Notes under the pieces: model-generated
Told to the model about the DNA's origin: nothing
Seen by the model: the letters and a program-made list of their open reading frames with translations, nothing else
Databases searched by the model: none
Source of the DNA: Amoebidium appalachense
Taxonomy: Eukaryota > Protista > Ichthyosporea
NCBI GenBank assembly: GCA_963693365.1
Contig: CAVNZM010000001.1
Coordinates: 11,496,161-11,560,160 of the forward strand
Length of the DNA stretch: 64,000 bases
Direction of reading: 5' to 3'
Made by a program: the position numbers and the translations under genes
Part shown: piece after piece, positions 25,474 to 38,754 of the stretch
Position numbering within the stretch: the stretch's first letter is position 1
Layout: every line of letters starts with the position of its first letter

Positions 25474-25824
25474 AAAAAAAAATCACACGGGCTTAATCAA
25501 CCTGAAGATCAGCTTGATTTGAGAGGCTTTATATTTATATGCACGCGTAGTCTTATTTTATCTCGCTGTGTATGATAACGCTAACGTAGTAAGATCTTGT
25601 TTGACCTTCCGTTGATTATCCCATCTTTTTCGTTTTTTTTTTTTTTTTTTTTTTTTTTTCTCTTCGCCTCGTTGTATGAGATACGCTGACAATTCACAAC
25701 ACCTTATGGCATGTGCATCCCCGGCACATTCACTCCTATTGTGACGCTCGAATCGAAAAGAACACAAGAAGTTAGTGAAAGCCATCGTATCACGTCGTCA
25801 CTGTTGACGTCACACACACACACA

Positions 25825-25906
<82 letters not shown>

Positions 25907-26009
25907 TACACAGTCGTAAGTAAGCGGGAATGCAGCCGAGAACCCATTAGGAGACGGAATCGTCTTAATAGATGCACTACAAACTTGTAGGCCCGGGGTG
26001 CCTGCCCCC

Positions 26010-26049
<40 letters not shown>

Positions 26050-27073
26050 GGCTGAGAGGATACCATGCTGTTTAGCCGTTGAAAGTTTATTTTACTGTAA
26101 GGCGGAACCATCAACGTTACAACGTGTTTAACAGTTTTGAAAAGTAACACGAAGATTTGCCAGCATATTTTGTGCGCATTCATTGACTCGGATACAACGA
26201 ATTTCAAAGAAGAAATTAAGACACGGCAAAGACTATCACAGAAAGTAAACCAAAAGTCCAGGGCCTGTGGTTTTGGCATTGCTTGAAATATTTTTCTTTT
26301 ATAAAGGATTTTATTTCGATCGCGGCATTAGACATGGCTGAATGGAATAGTACAGTTGCCATAGACACAACGACATGGTCGCTGAGATAGCTTCGCCGGA
26401 TATCCAACGAGATATACCCTTGAAATATGTCGATGGGACACATAATTTCCAATTTACGTAACTCTATCACTGGCTTCTCCTCTATTCTCCCCCCCCCCCC
26501 CCTTCCTCCCACTAGAAGATCCCAACAGGGGGATATTTCCGTTCCTGGGTGACTTTTTTCGGTTCGCAATGGTATCGTTTGATTGGTGTGTTTCAAAAGT
26601 TAGAATGTTGAATCGGTGTTTTCATATTTGTTGAATGGTTAGCGATAGCCGTATGCTTATCACTACCACGATTACTCCGCTGAGCCTCGGCATAATTTTG
26701 TTTAATTTAGTGCAACTAAAGACACCGTTAACCAAAGACAGATCTGCAATACAGTAGTTACTGTGTGGCACTCATCAATGGTCTAACTTTTTAAAGGCAC
26801 CAATAAAATGATGCCATCTGCCGAACCCCTAAAAATCAAGAGTTCCGTTAAAAGGCCTGAACACCCAGGACCTGTGAGAAAGATTTTTGCACCATAAGCC
26901 CCCCCCCCCCCCCCTTTTTCTCCTGGACCACACACACACACACACACAAACACACACAGCATACACACGCTGCGCTGCACTGTTCAACTTGCAGGGCGCG
27001 CACACACATACAACACAAAAACGCACACGCACAAGTGCCACCACACACACACGTGTACACACTCGTACACACA

Positions 27074-27118
<45 letters not shown>

Positions 27119-27440
27119 GCGCGAGCACACACACACACACATGCGCACAATGCACACACACACACACACATGCGCACAATGCACACACGCCGCACTGTTG
27201 GGCACACACAAACAAAGGTGCGCACACACCCCGGATCATTATGATGGCATTACCTTCATTTGGGGCTCTGCAAATCCAATAGATCTGCCGTAACACATTT
27301 AACACATCAGGCATGTCAACACCAAATTAAAGGTTCATTTCATAGTCTCAGGTCAGCACAACAAATTGGCAAACGAACACGAACGTTCGATACAATTCCT
27401 GATTTCTGTACATCCCACTGGCTTCATATTTTGCTAACCC

Positions 27441-27471
<31 letters not shown>

Positions 27472-27843
27472 TTCCCCCCTCCCCCCTCTCCCCCCCCCCC
27501 CCCCCCCCCCCACCCACCCACCCATCTCCCCCCCCCCCCCCCTCCCCCGCGCCCCCGGGACAAAGAGACGTGTGTATGTGTGTGTGTGTGCGCGCGCCCG
27601 TGCGCGTGTGTGCACATATGGGAGTGGGTGGTGTGTGTGTCTGTGTGCGAGCTCGTGCGCTTGTGTGTGCATATTCACACTCGTTAAAACCACCACACGT
27701 AACATATACATTCATTCATACGTAACATCTACATTCATTCATACTTCTCTCATAATTGAATATAAGAAACTTGAAAATGAATGATCGCGAACACAAAAGT
27801 CCCTCCCTCCCTCCCCTCCCCCTCCCCCCCCCCTCCTCTTTCA

Positions 27844-28352
27844 TTACTTTGGGCATTTATCATAAAGGTTTTCAAAGTATTCAAACCACGAACCGGTGAT
27901 AGGATAGACTTTCCAGTTATTATGCCAATGATACGCATACGCCCCGTTAAAGAAATTTTCCTTCCCGGGTTTAAATCCCTGGCTCGTTATTGTTTCCGTG
28001 AAAAAAGAAGGGAAAAAAATCGATTGGGGAGGAATTTGTGTTTTTGATCTCTTGCCAGTGGTCCTGATACACCCAAAATGGATCGAAGATTGCACTCGGA
28101 AACACCACTAATTCCGATTTGCAAATCTCCGATCGCGCGCAATATCGAGTCATATCCATTGGATGCCATCCTGGAAGTGCTATTTCGGCCTTTTGTTGGT
28201 TGTTACCGCCACGCCTGACGCTCTTTTGGGCTTCCTCTTTGGCCTCCAACATACCAAATCGTAAAATTTCATGCAAAATCGTGCTATTTGGTCGGAAGTG
28301 GGACACGGCCGTATTGATGAATGACTGGGTAGACCATCTGTGTGTGGTGGGT

Positions 28353-28423
<71 letters not shown>

Positions 28424-28449
28424 TTGTGTGGGTGTGTACATGTCTGTGC

Positions 28450-28487
<38 letters not shown>

Positions 28488-28980
28488 GCAATGTGAGTTA
28501 AGAGTGTGTGGGTGTAGTAGATGGGTGAGTGAGAGGGGTGAGGAGGGGAGGGGAGGGGGGGAGGAAGGGGGGGGGGGGGGGGGGGGGGGGGGGGCCTAAG
28601 TAACTGTGTGCCTGTGTGTTACAAAGAATTTGGAAACGTGTTCGATCGTGTTGTTCAATGTACAGCGAGTTTTTGTGTGTGTGTGATGGTTATGGTGGTG
28701 GTGTGTGTGTGTGTGTTGGGGGAGGGGGGGGGGAGAATGGAGAGAGAAGAGAGAAGGAAGCGTGAGGAGAGAATGATTTGTTTGGTGGTGTGGGGGAGGA
28801 GGAGGGAGAAGGTAGGGAAGGAGGCGGAGAGACGGAAGGGAGAGGAGAAAAGGGGGAGAAGGGGGGTAAGAGGGGCTTTGATGTGTGTAGGAGGTTGGCC
28901 AGAACATAAAATGACCGAGCCTGATAAGCACGACAAGGCGACAAGATGGGAAGCAAGCGCACAAAAGGGCAATAAAAATA

Positions 28981-29012
<32 letters not shown>

Positions 29013-30234
29013 GCGAGAGAGAGAGAGAGAGAGAGCGAGAGACGAAAAGGAAAAGAAAGATGGAGAGGGTATGCGTGTGTGTGTGTGTTGGGGGGGGGGG
29101 GGGGGGGGGGGGGGATGGGGAGAGGGGGGGGGGGGGGGGGACGCAAGGCAGAGAAGCAGTGCCAGTCATCAGCCCCCCCTCCCCCTTCCCCCCCCCCTCC
29201 CCCCCCCTCAATCTGCTACTACTGTTGTTTTTCTTTTCTTCATTTCTTCTTTTCCTTTTTTCCTTCCTTCCTTCCTCCTTTCTCTCTCTTTTCTGTAGGG
29301 GAAGAGGAAGGGGTTGGGATTTGATTAGAGCCTGAAAAGAAGGAATGGAGAAACAAGAATTCGTAAAGAAAAGAAAAAAAGAAGCATGAGAAAAGAAACG
29401 GTCGTTTGAGAAAAGCAAAATAGCCAAACACGGGCATTAATTGCACACAGCAAACAGGCAGGCCCAAAATTAAGACGGCTCCCAATGCATCCCCCCCCCC
29501 CCCCCCCCCCCCCCATCCCCCCCCCCCCCCCCCCCCCCCACCCCCCGCCCCCCACCACCACCACCACCACCACCACCACCAACCCGGTGTACCCAACCAT
29601 CCCCCCCCCCCCCCTCCTCCTCCCCCACCCTTCCCCCCTCCCCGTGGACTTGTTTCTTGGAGGCTGAGGCATCCTAACGGTATTTGTATTGGTGGGAGGA
29701 ATGGGGAGAGGGGTATGGTGGTGGTTTTTTAATCATTCGTTCTTCCTTTTTTGGTGGGGGGTGGGGAAGGGGGGGGGGGGGGGGAGGATCACCCGGCGGG
29801 GGGAGGCGGAGGAGGGGGAGGGGGTGGGAGGGATTGTGCGCGGACATGGTTAGAATAACATAACCATGATGGGTTTGGTGGGTGGTGGTGCACGCCACTT
29901 AGAAGAAGAGGAGGTTGAAAGGAGGAGCTAGAGGCATCAAAGAAGAGCCAGAGAGAGAGGGACGATGGGGGAGGGAAGGGGGGAGACGGGGGGGAAGAGG
30001 GGAGAGAGGGGGGAGGGGGGCAGGATAGAGGGCAGGATGGGGAGAGAGAAAGAGAGATAGAATGAAAGAGATGGAGGGAAGTGGGGGAAGAGAAGGAAGG
30101 AGGTGGGAGGAGAGGGGAGAGAGAGGGAGAGAGAGAGTGTGTGTGTGTATGTGTGTGTGTGTGTGTGCCTACACACGTGTGCGAGACAGGGAGAGGGGGG
30201 GGGGAGCCTGCGGAGAGGGGGGGGGGGGGGGGGG

Positions 30235-30268
<34 letters not shown>

Positions 30269-30326
30269 AGGGGAGAGAGAAGGAGAGACAGAGAGTAAGA
30301 GGAGGGGCGAAGGGGGGGGAAGCGCG

Positions 30327-30361
<35 letters not shown>

Positions 30362-31279
30362 GAGCAGAGAGAGGGAAGAGGCTATAATGGTTCGAGGCAC
30401 ACAGAGCCTGGCAGAAATGTCTGTAGCGAGGATCGGTTAACATGGGAGGGGAAGAAGGGGAAGGCTCAAATTTTTGGGAAAAAGTAAAAACAGACAACAC
30501 AAAACACAGACAAGCACATACCTGTAAGCAAACTCGTACTTCAGCAGAGAAGAAAAGTCTCTGAGCAGCAACACATCAATGTCCAGCCACACGCCTCCGT
30601 ATCTCAGCAACAGAAGCACACGCACAAAATCAGAATACTTCACCAATTCCTTCGCTGTAGGATCTCTGTCACTAAATAATTCTTTGTAATGGGCTGCTTG
30701 TTCTTGTAGATGTCCCGCTGCATTTGCAATGTCTAACAGGAACTTGGGTGGTAGTGGCTTTATATCGACGTGTTTGTAACACTCCGGTTTAATTCTTTTG
30801 TCATCTGTTGCCATTTGGAAAGATGTTGGGGTTGCATCTAGCCATACAGTCAACCGAGCACATTTTTGCGTGTGCACAAAAGAGGAAATAGTAAGCCACT
30901 GAAGTCTGCCCAAACTGCCTCTCCAGTAGGTATGAAACTGTCTTTTGGTTTCGTCCGTGCACGTTTCAATGTGAGTGTTTGCTGGTGAATGTGAAGAGAG
31001 AAAGGCGAGACATTGATCTGAGTTTTGTATATCTTCTTGTTTGAAATTTACCGTCGCAGTTGTCTTACATTCCCTCCTTAACCCTATTATGAAGCTATCT
31101 TCATCGTACTTTGTAGCAGAGCTCTCACCGCTTGTTAGGTAATCTGTAATGGTATGTAGAACTCCAGCAAAATAGCTACCAAAAAAGAGGTGCAAACCCA
31201 GGCAAATAAGGGTTAAGAGAGTGATGCGTGTAGGCACACGGCAGCGTAACCTCCTAACCTTTACCGGCACACTAAACAT
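27844..31279 (-). CDS. GT32-like (DXD sugar-binding) type II membrane glycosyltransferase with one apparent frameshift near 28001-28019
   Basis: Exon 1 31279-30522: N-terminal anchor ITLLTLICLGLHLFF, FHTYW, YSDFVRVLLLLRYGGVWLDIDVLLLRD. Exon 2 from 28337: RWSTQSFINTAV..FPSAIFDPFW. The conserved-looking tail FFNGAYAYHWHNNW..GSWF lies in another frame ending at 27844. Confidence 0.8.
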
Positions 31280-31577
31280 CTTGGTCCCATCGTTAGTGGC
31301 AAAGCCCACCGTGGCACATGAAGTAATTAGTGTACCCCACTGCAGGCAGCAGCTGGTTCGACTGAGAACTTCAACACTGAAGGTTTGCGCGCACGGAATC
31401 CATTTTTATATCCCGGATTTACTGCACAGGCATGTGGCTGCATTCCAGAATACATTCCTCAGAGATGGCGGCCCACAGTTTCGGTCACAGTCTGGTCGCC
31501 CCCCCCGTCTCTTTCCTCTTCCGATGATAGCAGCCTCAATTACTAACGGGAGAGAGTGAGGGCGCGGGGGAGGGAGG

Positions 31578-31614
<37 letters not shown>

Positions 31615-31676
31615 AGAGAGAGAGAGAGTAGCTATGTATGAGAGGGGAAGAGGGGGGGAGGGGGAGGCGGGGGAGA

Positions 31677-31717
<41 letters not shown>

Positions 31718-32386
31718 GGGGGGGGGGGGGGGGGAGAAGGGGCGAGGGAGAGTTGGGGGAGGAGGGCGGGGAGAGAGAGAGAGGCCCAGGGAGAGGCCGA
31801 GATAGAGAGAGAGGGAGGAGGGGGGGGGGGGGGGGGGGGGGGCGAGAGAGAGAGAGAGCTCTCTGAGAGAGAGAGAGATATATATATATATATACATATT
31901 ATATATATACTCGGACGCAGAAAGGTCGGTCTGAGATTAGATCCCCGGGTGGGGAGGTGGGGGGGAGGAGGGGTGTGTGTGTGGGGGGGAGGGGGGAGGG
32001 GGATCCCCGAGACTTGTGAATATGCCTTTCACTATGTATTTGATAGAGGTATATGTACACACCTGTTCTGTAGACAGGCAAGGATACAACGGGCTCCAGG
32101 CCCTTATAAGCGTCTAGAATAATATCCTTTTTCGTCGATATCAAATCACATACTCCTGCCAGCCTGGATATTCATGTACCCGGTGGCAGTTTCAGAAAGC
32201 CCCTTGCCACCGCGATATATAGCCTGACTAGCTAACAATAAGTGTCCCATCCCACCACTATTAACACGACCTATGTACGTATCCATCAAAACTATACTCC
32301 GACCCTAGCACTCCTGGCAGCCTTGCAACACATGTTATACGATTTAATTCTCAGCGTGCAATACAAAACATTTGCTACAACTACTT

Positions 32387-32947
32387 CTATGCGCCGTGCA
32401 CGCCTTCGTTTTCCTGGGTCTTGATGAGGCCCACACTGGCCAGGCCGTTGTGCAGCTGCTGCCAGCGGGTCTCGGCCTTGCCGCTGATGCCGATCGACAT
32501 GCGGATCAGCCCCTGCGGGTGCACCGTAAGTGAGATTGTGTTTTGGCAGGAAAAACTTTGTATCATGATATGAAGATATTGCGCCGCAACCCCCCCACCT
32601 CCCCCAATGCTTCTCCCCCCTCCCCCCCCCCCCCCCCCCCCCCCAATACATCACGTCGGTGAGATGTGTGCAACCCCATCCAACAAATTCTATGCAGTCC
32701 CCCCCCCCCCCCCCCCCCTCCCCCCCCCTTTCCTCGTATCTACCCCCCCCCCCCCCCCCCCCCCCTCACCCCGCCCCACCTCCTCTAGGAGAGCGAATAG
32801 GCATATTCGCTTTGCTTGAAGTAAGAATCGGAACATGATGTTCCCTCCGACCATCCATTCCTTACTCCGGATCCTAGATTCAACACGGAAACACCCACTG
32901 CAGCCACAACTTACAAACCACTCCCACCGGCGGACAGCATAGTTTAG

Positions 32948-32980
<33 letters not shown>

Positions 32981-33492
32981 TTCCCCCCCTCCCCCCCCTC
33001 CCCCCTCCCCCCTCCCCCCTTCCCCCGCACGCCTCTTCCACACCCCCTTGCACCGTCCCGCCACAACCACATCACCGTTTTTTTCCTAGGAACAAACCAA
33101 GTAAACTCAAAGAAGCAATACTGCCGTGCACACACACACGTACCGGCTGGATGCCTGCAGCCTGCAGGTCAGCGTCTGACATCTCCGATGAGGTGGTGGA
33201 GGCCGAGCAGGACATGAGGGTGTCGTGGAAGCCCAGACTCACGGCCATGTGTCCAAACCCTTGGTTGTTTTGCAACTCGTTCATCAGCTGGAACGCCCGC
33301 TCACGAGTCCCCACGTCCAGCGTGAGCATGCCCCCGAACCCGTACTCCTCCGCACCCGTCATCACAACCCTGCACGTGTGTAAATTTAAAGTGGGGGATT
33401 TTTCAGTTAGCAACTCAGTGACAATGAGGGTGCCGGGGTGGTGATGTGGTAGTGATGGTGGTAGGGCGGGAGGGGAGAGGGGGTGGGGATGT

Positions 33493-33523
<31 letters not shown>

Positions 33524-33712
33524 GGGGGGAGGGAGGGGGGGAGAGGCAAATCAACGAAGGAAGAAAAGAAAAGAGCTTGGACATATATTATGTGTTACAT
33601 TAAAAGTTCAGTACAACAGCAATTTACATGCACACGGCAGGTCCTGCCCAATACCTCACATACCTCCCACACAATGCAGTAAAGCACGTTTTGCCTACTA
33701 CACACGGGGGCG

Positions 33713-33799
<87 letters not shown>

Positions 33800-34613
33800 G
33801 AGCAGGTCGTGCTGTGGGTGGGTGGGCAGGCCCGGGTACTGGACTTTCAGGCCCAGAGCTTGCAGGCGCTGTGCAAACATTTCGGCACGGCGGCTGTGCT
33901 CACGCATGCGCAGGGGCAGGTGGGGGAGGCGGGCGCTGATGTGGAAAGCCACGGTGGGGTCCATGGTGGGGCCCAGGAGCATGAAGCAGCCCTCGTGCAG
34001 ATCCATCAGAGACACAATGAAGGAGGTGCGACCGCACACAACCCCTGTGTGTGTGTGTGGGGGGGGGGGGGGGGGGGGGGGAGGGAGGGCGAGGTTGTGT
34101 GTGCAGGTGAGTGTGTGTGTGGGGGGGGGGGGGGGGGGGGGGGGAGGGGGGGGGGGGGTTGCGAATGTTTGGGTGGATATTTCTGTGCATTGCGTGTGCT
34201 CACGATATCGCTGAGTGTTTCTTTTTTTTTGTTCCGGGGGGAGGGGGGGAGGATGAGGAGGGGGGAGGGGAGGGAGGTAGGGAGAACGGGGGAGGTACAG
34301 GGGGGGGGGGGGGGGGGGGGGGGGCGGTTGAGATGGGTTAGTTGCCGTGATCATTGAAGGGATATGAATTGCAGAATAGGTCAAGGACAGGTGACATGTG
34401 GTTACTGTGTGTGCATGCCAGTGTGTGTCCACTTACTTTGTGTCACCTTCGCCCAGAGTCTCTGTAACCCCATTTTTTGCTGTTGTGGCAAGAGTGAAGA
34501 TGTTGTGGCTGGGAGGAATGGGGATATGGAGTCCCGAGGGGGGGAGAAAGGGGCGTAATCATACTTGTAGGTGAACGGAGGCTCAGTGCGTGACTCGGCA
34601 GGTGTGTGTGTTT

Positions 34614-34644
<31 letters not shown>

Positions 34645-36540
34645 GGGGACGAGGAACCACGAAAAGAATAATAGAAAAACATACCTCCCACAATATCGGA
34701 AGCGCCATTCACGAACTTTGTCAAGCTGTGCACAACCACATCGGCACCCAGAGTAGCCGGCTGGATGAGCAGCGGTGAGAACGTGTTGTCGACAACCAAC
34801 TGCAAATCATGGCGACGGGAAATCGTGGCCAGAGAGGGAATGTCGGCCACACGAAGGGTTGGGTTTGCCACTGCCTCTGTGTAGATCACTTTGGTTTTCC
34901 CGGGCTGCACGGCTTGCTCGACGGCATCTAGGTCGTTGATGTCAACGAATGTCGTGGTGATGTTGAGTCTGTGTGTGCGTGTGTAGCGCAAGGGAAGGGG
35001 GGGGGGGGGGGGGGGGGGGGGAGGGGGGGGGGGGAGTGAGTAAGCTTCTTTTTACGGATGATCGTTTTTGGAATTGAAATTAGTGATGGGAAACTTAAAG
35101 GTTGGTTCACCGGGTGTGCATACTATCATGACTTGGTTTAAGGTCAAGGGGTAAGGATAGAACTTCCACAAATACGCTATTCGGAGTGCAATTGTGTGCA
35201 TGTGCAACATGTGGTGTTTAAAAACACAGACCACCCTCACAGCCAATACCAAAATGTCTGACATTGGTTCTTTCATCGTTAAAAACTATCGCAATTTAAA
35301 ACCACTGCTAGATTTGAACACCATACACGGTCATCAAGAAGCTCCCTACAACAAATTCGGGTAGGTGTATGCCATACCAGTGAATACCACGTGTTTCATG
35401 CGCACCTTGGGCAAACAAAAAAAGATAAAAAATTGTGAGCTTCTCTCTGGTGCGATCCACTCGTGCGGAAACGCAAAAACCGCCATTACTTGTGTTACAT
35501 ATTTTTTTTCTGGAACACATCACTGGCTACCGAATTTGCGCCCGGAAAGCACACAACACACACCCTGTTGCAGACACACAAAAACAGAAGTTAAGCAGCA
35601 CACAAGACAGCATCAAGCGAATTTGCCCCAGCACCGAAACACACACACACGACAAACACCCACCTGTTTGGAGCAAAGTCGTGCAGGAATGCGTATGTGC
35701 CGCCGTAGACGGTGTTGCTGCAGACCACGTGGTCGCCCGTGCGGCACAGCTGCAGCAGCGTGGCCGTGATGGCCGCCATCCCGCTGGCACACGGATACGC
35801 CGCCTCCGTGCCCTCCAGCGCAGCAAGCTCGTGCCCGAGCTGCAGCACGGTGGGGTTGAAGTGTCTGCATGGTGGAAGAAAGGTGGTGATGTTAGGTTTG
35901 GTGTGGCTGCTGGCATTCAGATACAAATAGTAAATTTCTCATTGAATGCGCCCCCCCGTGGGAGTGTATTAGTAGCATGCCTTGATTAGGGTGTGGACTC
36001 TGTCAGAATTTAATAGACTGGCTACAGCTGTAGCCGATGGCATGACACGAAAGCGGTGTGAATGATACTGAATGGTAGCTGTGCTTAGAACGAGAACACG
36101 GGGGAAATAACGACATGAAAAGAGTGTCATATACCCGTACAACCACAATGCCGTATTGATCCCAAAAACACGACCCTTACGACTTCAAAATGGATATGAA
36201 GAAAGCGCACAGCACGTGGGTAATAATAACACACAAAACCACAAAACAAAAATCGTGCCTATACACCTACACAGTGACCCACACACCTGCTATAGAGGAA
36301 GCACCCCGCCTGCTGCACGCCATGCTCCCCAGCCACGTCCACAGGCTGCCTGCCGCCAAAAATCTCGGGCATAGTTTTGGAGTCCATCACGGTGAACGTT
36401 GTGGAGGGCTCAATACTCATATTGACACCTCCAAACTCCCCAAAGGCGTGTGTGGCTGCCATGCGGTCACGTGGGTCGGCGTAGCTGCCAACTGCAGGAG
36501 CAGGGCGCTTCTCCTCGAGAGTTCCGACGTTGGGAGACAT
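32387..36540 (-). CDS. MGL: Methionine gamma-lyase, plant-type (PLP-dependent Cys/Met metabolism family), 6 exons, 445 aa
   Basis: Exons 36540-36287, 35864-35664, 34968-34685, 34044-33798, 33369-33144, 32512-32387. Motifs FGEFGGVNMSIE, YSRHFNPTVL, ASGMAAI, VVDNTF, HSLTKF (PLP lysine), MLLGPTM, YPGLPTHPQH, AVSLGFHDTLMSCSASTTSSE, GLIRMSIG, collinear with Arabidopsis MGL as I recall it. Confidence 0.93.
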
Positions 36541-37536
36541 TTTCCTTTTCTTTTTAAGTACCTAAACAACAACGGAGAATGAATGAAAACGAAAAGTCAC
36601 TTAGCAAAGTTGGTTACGTCGCAGTTGATGAAGGAAGAAACCCAGACCAAAAACGTATGTGGTAGAGTCCTTACTACAGCTTAATACGTTGTATCAATGC
36701 GAGGTTTAGTTTTTGAGCGCTAAGGATTTACAAGGAGAAAGTTGGTGTTGTAACGACAGTTTTTGAATTCTGACTAAGACTTGGAATAACACAGAATTTC
36801 TAGTTTGCGTGTGACGTTCTAACGAGAAACGGCTTTTTATACCTGTGGCCACATGACCATTGGCGCAAGGATTCTATTAGCCAATCATATCGTGCCATCG
36901 CGTACTTTGTAAACGCAGTCGCATTCCTTTCTCCCACGTTTGACTTGGGGTCGGGGAGATGCCCTTTCTCGTAATAAGTACAACATGCTACTAGACTTCG
37001 GAGTTTTATTGCTCCCAAAATGTATAAAACCCAGTAAACAAATCTATTAGGGCTTTCTTGTCATTCGTCTGTTTAGATAGCTTTGCTGGTCTGTGTTGGG
37101 ATTCTTGGGAAAGCTTGATCGATGTAACAATCGACATGCAACTTTGACTCACAATCGGATTCCAGAAAAAACAATTCTGATTGGTTGCGAAGTTTTAGCC
37201 GTTTTTATTGGTCACTTATGTCCATTGACTCCATTCACCTTTAAGCCAGGGCCTAGTTTGCAAGTCGACATCTTACTTTTTGGCGTGCAGTTGCCATATA
37301 TGGTACTAGCGCCAAAATGATCTATTTCTCTTGACGAAGTTCTCATTCAACTAAACGTAAAGCAAACAAGCAAAATTCATGAGAAACATAACTAAATAAG
37401 CTTAAAAATATTATAGAAATACATAATCCTCAATTCACTGCATCAAAGCTATAAAAGAGTACGATAATTGTCGCATTTCGCGGTTGCAGTGAATGATTCC
37501 ATAGATCTATTCAGGAATGCGTATCCCGGGATGTTG

Positions 37537-37630
37537 CCAGTTCGTATCTTGCCGACCAGTTCGTATCGCCTACAAATATGTGACCTGCGGGATACTGTAC
37601 CAGTTCGTATCAGAAAAACCAGTTCGTATC
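37537..37630. repeat. Four exact copies of CCAGTTCGTATC
   Basis: At 37537, 37556, 37600 and 37619. Confidence 0.95.
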
Positions 37631-37826
37631 TTTTTTTTTGTGTGTTCAACGTCGGATTCCCAACGTTTTCGTGATTTGGGTAAACGGAGACTTCTGATTC
37701 AATACGCATATAGTTTCAGTTGTCACGGCTCATGATGTGAAATGTCATCTGCGTGTTGCTGTGACATCAGGGCCGAGGAGCAGCATTACATCTTTGATTT
37801 GAACCTTTTTATTTTAAGGTCTTATT

Positions 37827-38446
37827 CAGTACCGCCGTCTAGTGGTGGGTACCAGCCCCATGGGACCTATATACCTACGGTCTTGACTGAGCCCGTTAGA
37901 CAGACATGGCAGAACGATCGGACCATACTATTTACAAGAGATACAGGGGGGTTTGGTTCTAGCTAGTTGTGGTTTAGTTATGGGGGGGTCCGTGTCCGAA
38001 ATTTTGGTGATATCTCGATGGCTTCTATTTTGCTGAGCATATCAATAAAGTCACGGTGATATCTCGATGGCTTCTATTTTGCTGAGCATATCAATAAAGT
38101 CATTTTCTTCTCCGAGATATCGTTGATATCTCGATGGCTTCTATTTTGCCGAGCATATCAATAAAGTCATTTTCTTCTCCGAGATATCGGTGATATCTCA
38201 ATGGCTTCTATTTTGCTGAGCATATCAATAAAGTCATTAAATAAAAAAAAGAAATTTCACATGTCTGCTGACGGGGGTCTAACGTGGTGTGGTGGTCACT
38301 GTGGGGCTAAGAGTGGTGGGGTGTCTGTGGTTCGCAGTTCCCCATGTCGAATAGGTTGGTGGTGGCTGCTGTGTGTCGGTATGTGTGGTGGGGGTTGCAT
38401 TCTGTTTTGCGGTGGGTGTATCTGAAATTGGGGCAGGCTGGTAGGG

Positions 38447-38507
<61 letters not shown>

Positions 38508-38754
38508 TGGCTCTAGGTGTTGTGCGTGGCTGCTTTCTGCGGGTAGCTTGTGTGTTTTTGTGGGCTATATGTTTGGGTTTGGTTGTGGGGTTTGGGTGTA
38601 GTGTCCTACATCTAGGTTTCCAGATATATTCAAAGAAAAATTCGGATACACACTGGGACAGATTAGCCAATAGGGTGTCTCGGGCTCGGGGGTGCCTGTC
38701 CAGGGCTGGGGGTAGAGTGATGTCCCTGGGGCATAGTCCTCTCAGAGTCTACTG
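37827..38754. mobile_element. Candidate non-autonomous TIR DNA element (~930 bp)
   Basis: Termini CAGTA...TACTG, flanked by ATT on both sides (37824-37826, 38755-38757). Diverged inverted subterminal blocks: gcccca(t)gggac 37855 vs gtccctggggc 38722; gagcccg 37889 vs cgggctc 38681. Internal tandem array; no transposase. Confidence 0.45.
38006..38238. repeat. Tandem array of four 48-nt cores (units of 49, 67 and 67 nt, then a final core) with palindromic junctions
   Basis: G(G/T)TGATATCTC(G/A)ATGGCTTCTATTTTGC(T/C)GAGCATATCAATAAAGTCA at 38006, 38055, 38122 and 38189; junction CGAGATATC-gtt-GATATCTCG at 38113-38133. Confidence 0.97.

Noticed and set aside
25977-26600. ORFs of 100-126 aa between FAM72 and the glycosyltransferase
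   Set aside because: No recognisable domain and no consistent splice model
38006-38238. CRISPR-like array
   Set aside because: The sequences between cores are identical or absent rather than unique spacers, there are no cas genes, and the context is eukaryotic
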